Source: an uncultured Iamiaceae bacterium | GTDB taxonomy: Bacteria; Actinomycetota; Acidimicrobiia; Acidimicrobiales; Acidimicrobilacustridaceae | Assembly (NCBI GenBank): GCA_964648005.1 | Contig: CAZYKR010000055.1 | Coordinates: forward strand, 7,600-19,510 | Direction: 5' to 3' | DNA: 11,911 nt | Part shown: piece after piece, positions 1 through 6,866 of the stretch | How positions within the stretch are numbered: the first letter of the stretch is position 1 | Layout of the letters: each line of letters starts with the position of its first letter | Position numbers and translations under genes: made by a program | The notes under the pieces: generated by a model | Seen by the model: only the letters and a program-made list of their open reading frames with translations | What the model was told of the DNA's origin: nothing | Database searches by the model: none

Positions 1-1494
1 CCCAGCGTCCCTGAGGCCACCGAACCGGCGCCGCGCCCGTCGCTCGGCACCCGGGTCGCCCGTGCGACGGTACGCAACTGGCCGCTGATCGCCGTCGCCG
101 TCGCCGGCTTGGTGCTGCGACTGCTCTTCGTCACCGTGTGGTGGCCCACGTGCGACTACGACGTCAGCATCTGGTCAGCGGGTGGCGTCACCCTCGAACA
201 GGGCCTGGACAAGGTCAAGAACCCCGATCGCGAGTGCTTCGACGTCGCCAGCGGCGACTCGACCTTCTACTTCGGCCAAGGCCGGATGATCGCTGACGGC
301 GAGGGGTTGGGCTCGCCGTTCAGCTACCTCATCAACGGCGAGTACCAGCCGTCGGCCGCCCACCCGCCCGGCTACTCGACGTTCCTCGCCACCGCCAACC
401 TCGTGGGACTCACCACGGTGGCGCAACAGCGGGCGGCCTCGACCGTGCTCGGCGCCATCGGCGTGTTCCTGATCGGCCTGGTCGGGCAGCGCCTCGCCGG
501 TCGGCGCGCCGGGATCATCGCCGGCTCGCTCGCCGCCGTCTACCCCTTCTTGTGGATCAACGACGGCAAGTTGATGTCGGAGTCGCTGTACATCCCGCTC
601 GTCGCCACGGTGCTGCTGGCTGCCTACGCGTTCTGGGATCGGCCGCGCCCTCGCACCGCACTGCTGCTCGGCCTGGCCGTCGGCGTGGCGCAGCTCGTGC
701 GCGCCGAGACCGGCATGATCGCCTGGATCATGGTGCCGTTCCTCGTGTGGGGGATGCGGGACCGTCTGAAGGGGACCGGTTGGCTGAAGCTCGGTGCCCT
801 CGCCATCGTCACGGCCCAGGTGGTGGTCATGCCGTGGACACTGCGCAACCTGACGACCTTCGAGCGTCCGGTGTTCGGCACTGCCGGTGTCGGCATCGTG
901 CTGTTGAGCGGGAGCTGTGATGCGGCGTACTACGACGAGGAGACGTTGGGGCTGTTGAACTTCAAGTGCCTCGAGGACGATCCCGAAGCGTTGGGGTTCA
1001 TCCTGGCGGCGATCGCCCCCGGGAGCGGAGATGACGAGTCCGTCGTCGACTACCAGGCGCGCGAGAAGGCGCTCGCCTACATCGCCGACCACCCCGGCCG
1101 GACGCCCGTGGTGATGGCGGCTCGGATCGGGCGCATCTGGGATCTGTACAAGCCGGGGCAGAACACCGACGTCGACGTGTTCCTCGAGGTGCGGCCACGT
1201 GGCCCCACGGTGTGGGGGAAGGCCATGTACTTCGCCATGTGGCCGTTCGCCATCGTCGGTCTGGTGGCCATGCGCAAGCGCCGTCTGCCGATCTCGCCGC
1301 TGCTGGCCATCTTCGTCATGACCAGCTTCGTGGCGGTCATCTCGTTCGCCCTGTCGCGCTATCGGGTGCCGAGCGAAGTCGTGCTGGTCATCGCCGCGTC
1401 CGTCGGGATCGATCAGCTGCTCCGGCAGTGGTGGGACCGCCGCAAGCGTTCGGGTGCGCCCGGCACCGCCGAACCTGCCAACATGACCGCCTGA
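1..1494 (+). CDS. 5'-partial integral-membrane GT-C fold glycosyltransferase (GT39 / PMT_2 / ArnT-like). The real start lies upstream of the window.
   Basis: Frame 1 is open from position 1 (PSVPEATEPAPRPSLGTRVARATVRNWPLIAVAVAGLVLRLLFV...), so the TTG at 109 in the ORF track is a finder artefact. Multiple hydrophobic TM segments. An acidic DYD motif shortly after the first TM (CDYDVS) and an HPPGYSTFLA motif are typical of PMT_2/ArnT-type lipid-carrier-dependent glycosyltransferases. Stop TGA at 1492-1494. Very high GC3. Confidence 0.6.
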   Translation, partial: PSVPEATEPAPRPSLGTRVARATVRNWPLIAVAVAGLVLRLLFVTVWWPTCDYDVSIWSAGGVTLEQGLDKVKNPDRECFDVASGDSTFYFGQGRMIADGEGLGSPFSYLINGEYQPSAAHPPGYSTFLATANLVGLTTVAQQRAASTVLGAIGVFLIGLVGQRLAGRRAGIIAGSLAAVYPFLWINDGKLMSESLYIPLVATVLLAAYAFWDRPRPRTALLLGLAVGVAQLVRAETGMIAWIMVPFLVWGMRDRLKGTGWLKLGALAIVTAQVVVMPWTLRNLTTFERPVFGTAGVGIVLLSGSCDAAYYDEETLGLLNFKCLEDDPEALGFILAAIAPGSGDDESVVDYQAREKALAYIADHPGRTPVVMAARIGRIWDLYKPGQNTDVDVFLEVRPRGPTVWGKAMYFAMWPFAIVGLVAMRKRRLPISPLLAIFVMTSFVAVISFALSRYRVPSEVVLVIAASVGIDQLLRQWWDRRKRSGAPGTAEPANMTA

Positions 1495-1542
1495 GGGAGA
1501 GGACGCGGGCCGGGCGGACGGACCTGCCGATGAGGAGGTGCC

Positions 1543-2514
1543 GTGACCATCCACCGGCTGCACCAGACCGTGAGCAGCGCTACCGTCGACGTGGCGACGG
1601 GCGACTGGGGCGACGTGTCGAACCTGTTGCGTCACGTCATGGGCGATGAGCGCTTCACGCAGCGCTACCTGACGTGGCTCTACGACGAGTGCCCCGATGG
1701 CGACACGGTCGCCGTCGACATCGGTGACGAGCGACCCGACATCGTCGGTCACGGGGCGGCAGTGCCGGTGCTGTTGCGCAACGCCGAGCGGCGGGAGCGC
1801 TTCGTGCAGATCGTCAACATCGCCGTCGCCGAGCGAGGCCGTGGCAACAACGTCTTCGCCACGCAGGTGCTCGCGCATATCCCGTACGTGCTCGAGCAGG
1901 GCGCCATCGGTGGCTTCGGGGTGACCAACGAGGCGTCGACCGTGCCCGGCACCTCACTCGACGGGCTCGGCGCGTCGTTCCTCATGCAATTGCCGCTCAA
2001 GGTGTGCCCGCCGATGGGAACCGGCTTGGGCGTGGTCAGCTACGACTGCTCCTCGTCCTTCTTGGCGTCGCGCGCGTTCGCCCGGATCGCCGCGACCGTC
2101 GACCACCAGCCGGCAGGCGACTGGCTGCGCTGTTGGACGACCGACGCGCTGCGCTGGCGGTTGAACCGCCCCGACACCCACTACGTGCTGCACGTCGCGG
2201 ACGAGGCGGTTGCCGTCTCCACCAAGTCGTTCGTGAAAGGCGTGCCCGTAGCCGTGATCGTGAAGCTGCTGCCGCGAGGGACGTCGTCGGGCCCGATCTC
2301 GGGTCGGTCGCTCGTCGCCGCCGCGTGTCGCTACCACAAGGCGCCGTCGGTCTTCTACGCCGGGTACAACGCCCAGGTGCAGCTGCGGGGCGTCTCGGTG
2401 CCGCGCGAGCGCGTGCCGGCGCCGCTCAACCTGCTGTTCTTGACGCTGTCGGACCTGGACCAACAGGCGTTCCGCTTCGACACGTTCGAGTTGCTGGACT
2501 TCGACGCCGTCTGA
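1543..2514 (+). CDS. GNAT-fold acyltransferase, FemAB/BioF2-like (tentative), 323 aa; paralog A
   Basis: GTG start at 1543 preceded by a strong RBS GAGGAGG (1532-1538, 4-nt spacer). Motif QIVNIAVAERGRGNN resembles the GNAT acyl-CoA-binding motif A (R-x-x-G-x-G/A). A ~320-aa size is consistent with two-lobed GNAT/FemX-like enzymes. The C-terminus FRFDTFELLDFDAV is shared with the downstream paralog. 48-bp gap after the glycosyltransferase gene suggests co-transcription. Confidence 0.55.
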   Translation: MTIHRLHQTVSSATVDVATGDWGDVSNLLRHVMGDERFTQRYLTWLYDECPDGDTVAVDIGDERPDIVGHGAAVPVLLRNAERRERFVQIVNIAVAERGRGNNVFATQVLAHIPYVLEQGAIGGFGVTNEASTVPGTSLDGLGASFLMQLPLKVCPPMGTGLGVVSYDCSSSFLASRAFARIAATVDHQPAGDWLRCWTTDALRWRLNRPDTHYVLHVADEAVAVSTKSFVKGVPVAVIVKLLPRGTSSGPISGRSLVAAACRYHKAPSVFYAGYNAQVQLRGVSVPRERVPAPLNLLFLTLSDLDQQAFRFDTFELLDFDAV

Positions 2515-2630
2515 CGGTGCAGCATCTGATGCCGCGTCAGCAACGTAACGATACGGTGACCCGGCGTGTCTGTTGGTCTGGCGGCGCGTGCGGCGACCGG
2601 CCCGGGTGATCCGGGAGGGGAGGGAACCAG

Positions 2631-3620
2631 GTGGTTGACGCATCGGACGGGCTCGTGAGCGCGGCGCAGGCCGGGTGGCGTCCCGCCGAGCCCATCTCGG
2701 CCGACGACCTCGAACGCACCTTGCGCCTGTTGCGCGAGGTGCTGCCATCGTCGGCGTGGGATGACGACACGTTCATCGACCACTGGTACAACCAGCATCC
2801 GAACGGTCCGGCGGTCCAGCAGAACCTCGACGACGACGACCGACGGCTCGTGCACGTGGCGGCCGTCCCGGCGGGGTTCCACAACGACAGCCGCCAGAAG
2901 GTGATCGGCCTCATCGTCAACGCCTCGGCATCGCCGAAAGTCACCAGGATGGGGAAGTACATCAAGCTCCTCGTCGCCACCCGGGAAGCTGTTGGCGCGC
3001 ACGGTGGGCTGGGGATCTTCGGGGTCTCGAACGATGCGGGGACTCCGGCGGCGCTCGCCGCACCGGGGCACACCTACGTCGAAGCGATGCCCGTCGTGGC
3101 GCGGCCGGCGAACCCCTTCGTTCGGGGCGTGCGCTCCGAGCGCGTCGACGCGACCTGGCTCGCCGGTGATGCCGCCGACCGTCTGATCGATGCCATCGAC
3201 CAGACACCGCGAGACGAACGGTGGAGCCAGCGCTGGACGCCGGCGCTGCTGCGGTGGCGCCTGTCCAACCCGGGCGGCGCCTACTCGGTCCACTGGTGCC
3301 GCGACGTGATCGGGATCTCGACGCGGGTCAAGGTGAAGGCGGTCCCGGTCGCCGTCGTGCTCGGTCTGTTCCGGCGCAACTCCGCGGCGACCGACGTGGT
3401 CAGCGGTGCACCGGTCTTCGGTGCGGCGGCGCGGCACCACAAGGTCGTGGCCACGGTGTACGCCGGCACGAACAACCGCGTCGAGACCAAGGGCGTGTCG
3501 TTGCCGCGTCGGTACCTGCCGTCGCCGCTGAACATCCTGTTCGCCTCGGGCGAGGACGACTACGACCCGACGGCCTTCCGCCTCTCGTCCATCGAGTTCT
3601 TGGACTTCGACGCGTTCTGA
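2631..3620 (+). CDS. GNAT-fold acyltransferase, FemAB/BioF2-like (tentative), 329 aa; paralog B of 1543..2514
   Basis: GTG start at 2631 preceded by purine-rich GGGAGGGGAGGGAA. Colinear similarity to the upstream ORF: GGFGVTNE vs GIFGVSND, LRWRLNRP vs LRWRLSNP, GVSVPRERVPAPLNLLF vs GVSLPRRYLPSPLNILF, and the C-termini ELLDFDAV vs EFLDFDAF. Very high GC3. Confidence 0.55.
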   Translation: MVDASDGLVSAAQAGWRPAEPISADDLERTLRLLREVLPSSAWDDDTFIDHWYNQHPNGPAVQQNLDDDDRRLVHVAAVPAGFHNDSRQKVIGLIVNASASPKVTRMGKYIKLLVATREAVGAHGGLGIFGVSNDAGTPAALAAPGHTYVEAMPVVARPANPFVRGVRSERVDATWLAGDAADRLIDAIDQTPRDERWSQRWTPALLRWRLSNPGGAYSVHWCRDVIGISTRVKVKAVPVAVVLGLFRRNSAATDVVSGAPVFGAAARHHKVVATVYAGTNNRVETKGVSLPRRYLPSPLNILFASGEDDYDPTAFRLSSIEFLDFDAF

Positions 3621-3626
3621 CCCGGG

Positions 3627-3953
3627 CTACTCGTTCCAGCCGACGCGACACCAGGTGTGCTGGTGACACGTGGGGCAGCGCATCCAGTGGGAGTAGCGGC
3701 GGCCGGGGAGCCACACCGAGATGCTCACCAGACGGATGCCGAGGTCGACGAGGCTCGCCCGCGTGCGCCCGTCGCACGAGCTGCACTCGACGATGACCGT
3801 GCCCGTCTGGCGGGGACCGGTCGAGTAGAGGGCGTCACGGCCCTCCTTGGCGTTGCCGGGGCGGAGCTGGTCGCGGGCGGCGTCGACCGGCGCCGAGAAC
3901 AAGGCGTGCCGTCCCGAGGGGTCGACGCGGCGGCGTGCAGGTTCGTCGGTCAC
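3627..3953 (-). CDS. Small C4 zinc-ribbon protein (~108 aa), translationally coupled to the upstream ParA-like ATPase
   Basis: Minus-strand frame with GC3 ~93% and GC1 > GC2. Two CxxC pairs (ECSSCDG ... MRCPTCHQHTWC) about 35 residues apart. The GTG start at 3953..3951 overlaps the ParA TGA stop (3952..3950) as GTGA. An alternative TTG start near 3900 would give ~90 aa. TAG stop at 3629..3627, only 6 bp from the convergent GNAT gene stop. Confidence 0.5.
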   Translation of the reverse strand: MTDEPARRRVDPSGRHALFSAPVDAARDQLRPGNAKEGRDALYSTGPRQTGTVIVECSSCDGRTRASLVDLGIRLVSISVWLPGRRYSHWMRCPTCHQHTWCRVGWNE

Positions 3954-4705
3954 ACCCGCTCCAGCACCCGGTCGGCCAGGGCGCGGTAGGCGTCGGCCAC
4001 CTTCGACGTCGGCGCGTGTTCGAGGATCGTGCACCCGGTGGCGGGCGCCTCGGCCACCTTGACGGACTTGGGGACCGGCGGCTCGAGCACGTCGAGGCCG
4101 TAGCGGTCGGGCACCGAGGCCACGACGTCGCGGGCCAGGTTGGTGCGCCGATCGAACATCGTGGCCACCGCACCCAGTACCCGCAGGTCCGGGTTGGTGT
4201 ACGAACGGACCTCGTCGACGGTCTCGAGCAGCTGGCCGACGCCGCGGTGGCTGAGCGTCTCGCACTGCAGGGGGACGAGCACGAAGTCGGCGGCGGTCAG
4301 GCCGTTGATGGTCAAGATGCTCAGCGACGGCGGACAGTCGATCAGGACGAGGTCGTAGTCATCGCGCACGTCCGCCAAGGCACGCCGCAACGTGAACTCT
4401 CGACCGGTCTTGGACAGCAGCACCACCTCTGCACCGGCGAGGTCGATCGTCGCCGGCAGCAGATGCAGGTCCCCGTGCTTGACCAGCACGTCGCGGGCGT
4501 GGGCCCTGCCGATCATCACGTCGTGCAGCGACAGCTCGAGGGCATCGGGATCGACGCCGTTGGCGTAGGTGAGGCACGCCTGCGGATCGAGATCGACCAG
4601 CAACACCCGCAGGCCACGGGCGGCGACGGCGGCACCGATCGTGTGCACCGTCGTGGTCTTCGCGACGCCGCCCTTCTGGTTGGCGACAGCGACGACACGA
4701 CCCAT
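3950..4705 (-). CDS. ParA/Soj-family (MinD/ParA superfamily) deviant Walker-A ATPase, 251 aa; orphan, with no adjacent parB
   Basis: N-terminus MGRVVAVANQKGGVAKTTT is the deviant Walker A KGGxxK[ST]. VLLVDLDPQ is Walker A' / switch I and LVLIDCPP is Walker B. Size matches Soj (~253 aa). The ATG at 4705..4703 is the C-terminal part of the 835-aa ORF in the track, whose remainder is antisense shadow. Confidence 0.9.
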   Translation of the reverse strand: MGRVVAVANQKGGVAKTTTVHTIGAAVAARGLRVLLVDLDPQACLTYANGVDPDALELSLHDVMIGRAHARDVLVKHGDLHLLPATIDLAGAEVVLLSKTGREFTLRRALADVRDDYDLVLIDCPPSLSILTINGLTAADFVLVPLQCETLSHRGVGQLLETVDEVRSYTNPDLRVLGAVATMFDRRTNLARDVVASVPDRYGLDVLEPPVPKSVKVAEAPATGCTILEHAPTSKVADAYRALADRVLERV

Positions 4706-4846
4706 GGGGCGAGTGTACGGGAGGCGCCGCGGTGGCCGACAGGCCACCGGGTGTGACCTTCGGCCGGTGTCGCGCCGGTGCAGCCGGTCGCCGGTGGTCG
4801 GGCATGTCTTGGCGAGAGGTCCCGACGATCGCCTACCGTCCTCCGA
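4706..4846. promoter_or_regulatory. Divergent intergenic / promoter region between the ParA-like gene and the malic enzyme gene, containing a palindrome and direct repeats
   Basis: Perfect 8-bp-arm palindrome CGGTGGCC-gaca-GGCCACCG at 4730-4749. Four direct copies of CCGGTG/CCGGTC beginning at 4764, 4775, 4784 and 4791 (spacing 11/9/7). Confidence 0.3.
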
Positions 4847-6274
4847 ATGGCGCCGACGCCCCACGACACTCCCACCGCAGCCTTCTCGATGCGCATCCTT
4901 GCCCGACTGGACAACCGTCCAGGTCAGCTGGGTCGCCTGGCCATGGCGATCGGCGAGGTAGGCGGCAACATCGTCGCCCTCGAGGGGTTCGAGGCGAAGC
5001 AGAGCTACCTCGACGAGGAGATCGTCGTGAACTGCTCGTCGGAGGAGCATCAGCTGGTGGTTCTCGACGCCATCCGCGGGCTCGACGGCATCGAGGTGCT
5101 CTCGCACGAGGACCGCACCTTCTCGATGCACAAGCACGGCAAGATCGAGGTCCGGTCCCTGGCGCCGGCGCGCGACCGTGACGACCTGTCCATGGCGTAC
5201 ACGCCCGGCGTCGCCCGCATCTGCAAGGCGATCGCGTCTGACCCCGAACGGGTGCACGACCTGACGATCAAGCGCAACACCGTCGCCATCGTCACCGACG
5301 GCACCGCGGTGCTCGGTCTGGGCAACATCGGTCCCGAGGCGGCCCTGCCCGTGATGGAGGGCAAGGCGCTGCTGTTCAAGGAGTTCGCCGGGGTCGACGC
5401 CTTCCCGGTGTGCTTGGACGTGCACTCCGCCGAGGAGACCATCGAGACCGTCAAGCGCCTGGCGCCCGTGTTCGGCGGCATCAACCTCGAAGACATCGCC
5501 GCGCCGCAGTGCTTCGAGATCGAGGAGGCCCTCGAGGCCGCGCTCGACATCCCCGTCTTCCACGACGACCAGCACGGCACGGCCGTGGTTGTGTTGGCGG
5601 CGCTGACCAACGCCCTGAAGCTGGTCGACAAGAAGATGTCGGACCTCAACGTCGTCATCGCCGGGGTCGGCGCCGCCGGTGTGGCGATCTCGAAGATCCT
5701 GCTCGAGGCAGGCGTGCCCCACGTCGTCGGCGTCGACCGCAAGGGCGCCATCTGGGAGGGCCGTGAGGACCTCAACCCCGCCAAGCAGTGGTTCGCCGAG
5801 AACACCAACCCCAACCGGTTGACGGGCACCCTGTCGGAGGTCATGCCTGGTGCCGACGTGTTCGTGGGCGTCTCGGGTCCAGGGCTCATCACCCGCGAGG
5901 ACCTCGAGACGATGGGCGTCGACCCCATCGTGTTCGCGCTGGCCAACCCCGATCCGGAGATCCGTCCGGAACAGGCCAAGGGCGTGGCATCCGTCATCGC
6001 CACGGGCCGATCGGACTTCCCCAACCAGATCAACAACGCCCTGTGCTTCCCCGGCATCTTCCGCGGTGCGCTCGACGTGTCGGCCACCTCGATCACCGAG
6101 GGCATGAAGCTCGCCGCCGCCGACGCCATCGCGTCGGTCGTCGATGACGACGAGCTGTCGGCCGACTACATCGTGCCGTCGATCTTCGACGACCGCATCG
6201 TCGAGCGCGTCGCTGCGGCGGTTTCTGCCGCGGCGATCCGCGACGGCGTGTCGCGCAACCCGCAGCACGTCTGA
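4847..6274 (+). CDS. NAD(P)-dependent malic enzyme (MaeB-type catalytic core) with an N-terminal ACT regulatory domain
   Basis: Malic-enzyme signatures AYTPGVA, HDDQHGTAVV (cf. FNDDIQGT) and VIAGVGAAGVA (Rossmann GxGxxG). N-terminal MRILARLDNRPGQLGRLAMAIGEVGGNIVAL has a beta-alpha-beta ACT-like pattern. In-frame start candidates are ATG 4778, ATG 4847 and ATG 4889, none with a strong RBS, so the start is uncertain. TGA stop at 6272-6274. Confidence 0.85.
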   Translation: MAPTPHDTPTAAFSMRILARLDNRPGQLGRLAMAIGEVGGNIVALEGFEAKQSYLDEEIVVNCSSEEHQLVVLDAIRGLDGIEVLSHEDRTFSMHKHGKIEVRSLAPARDRDDLSMAYTPGVARICKAIASDPERVHDLTIKRNTVAIVTDGTAVLGLGNIGPEAALPVMEGKALLFKEFAGVDAFPVCLDVHSAEETIETVKRLAPVFGGINLEDIAAPQCFEIEEALEAALDIPVFHDDQHGTAVVVLAALTNALKLVDKKMSDLNVVIAGVGAAGVAISKILLEAGVPHVVGVDRKGAIWEGREDLNPAKQWFAENTNPNRLTGTLSEVMPGADVFVGVSGPGLITREDLETMGVDPIVFALANPDPEIRPEQAKGVASVIATGRSDFPNQINNALCFPGIFRGALDVSATSITEGMKLAAADAIASVVDDDELSADYIVPSIFDDRIVERVAAAVSAAAIRDGVSRNPQHV

Positions 6275-6286
6275 TCCCTGCGGGTT
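6257..6286. terminator. GC-rich hairpin spanning the malic enzyme stop codon (convergent intergenic region)
   Basis: AACCCGCAG (6257-6265) pairs with CTGCGGGTT (6278-6286) across a 12-nt loop containing the TGA. A further small palindrome CGCCGATcggtATCGGCG lies at ~6302-6319. There is no U-tract, which is common in actinobacteria. Confidence 0.3.
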
Positions 6287-6320
6287 CGGCTCGACCTGTC
6301 GGCGCCGATCGGTATCGGCG

Positions 6321-6866
6321 TCAGCCGGATCGGCGCGTCGGGCGCCGGTGCGTGTCGGGCACCAGCGGCTCGAGCGAGCGCAGGTCGACGAGGGTGCGCG
6401 GCCGGGCCGGCCAGGCGTAGACGACGAACGTGCCCGCCAGGTAGTCCTGGAGCGCACGCCGGTCGCGCGTCACGAGCACGATCAGGAAGCCGATGCCGAG
6501 CACTGCCGACAGGCTGTAGGTGAACGCCCGGATGAGCGATCGTGCCAAGTGTGGGTTGGACCCGTCGGGCCGCACGACTCGAAGACCGAACAGCAGCTTG
6601 CCGATGGTCTGACCGAACAGCGTGAAGCCGAGGGCGCAGTACACCATGAAGGCGAGGAACCCGACCGCCAGATAGCCGGTGTGATCGAGGCTGTTCAGGT
6701 CGACCGTGGTGAAGACGATCCCGAGGGAGTCGAAGACCACGGTGGCTCCCGCCATGCCGATCGAAATGACGAGCAGGTCGACCGTGAACGCCATCGCCCG
6801 GCTGACGAAGCCGGCGGGCTGCGCCAGACCGCCTTCGGTCTCGGGTGAGCGCTCGGTGGTGCTCAC
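6321..6866 (-). CDS. RDD-family integral membrane protein, 181 aa
   Basis: AGFVSRAMAFTVDLLVI followed by GQTIGKLLFGLRVVRPDG matches the RDD domain pattern (R...D...GqTiGKrl.GlrVv..dG) with TM helices. The GTG start 6866..6864 overlaps the upstream gene's TGA (6865..6863) as GTGA. Confidence 0.8.
   Translation of the reverse strand: MSTTERSPETEGGLAQPAGFVSRAMAFTVDLLVISIGMAGATVVFDSLGIVFTTVDLNSLDHTGYLAVGFLAFMVYCALGFTLFGQTIGKLLFGLRVVRPDGSNPHLARSLIRAFTYSLSAVLGIGFLIVLVTRDRRALQDYLAGTFVVYAWPARPRTLVDLRSLEPLVPDTHRRPTRRSG

Noticed and set aside
109-111. TTG at 109 as the start of the glycosyltransferase gene (as listed in the ORF track)
   Set aside because: The frame is open all the way to position 1 and already encodes a hydrophobic TM-like segment (WPLIAVAVAGLVLRLLFV). 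The gene is 5'-truncated by the window edge rather than starting at 109.
175-1878. 567-aa minus-strand ORF
   Set aside because: It is antisense to the glycosyltransferase and first acyltransferase genes, with an R/G/D/H-rich low-complexity translation and no domain features. It is a typical high-GC shadow ORF.
2355-3440. 361-aa minus ORF, plus 1954..2748 (-), 2004..2609 (+), 3221..3796 (+) and 5050..6129 (-)
   Set aside because: They overlap well-supported genes on the other strand or frame. Their compositions are dominated by Arg/Pro/Gly runs, with no motifs.
3950-6457. 835-aa minus-strand ORF in the six-frame track
   Set aside because: Only the C-terminal 251 aa (3950..4705) form the ParA-like protein. 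The upstream 580 aa is an Arg/Gly/Asp-rich translation antisense to the malic enzyme gene (frame-b shadow ORF that mimics GC3 bias in high-GC DNA).
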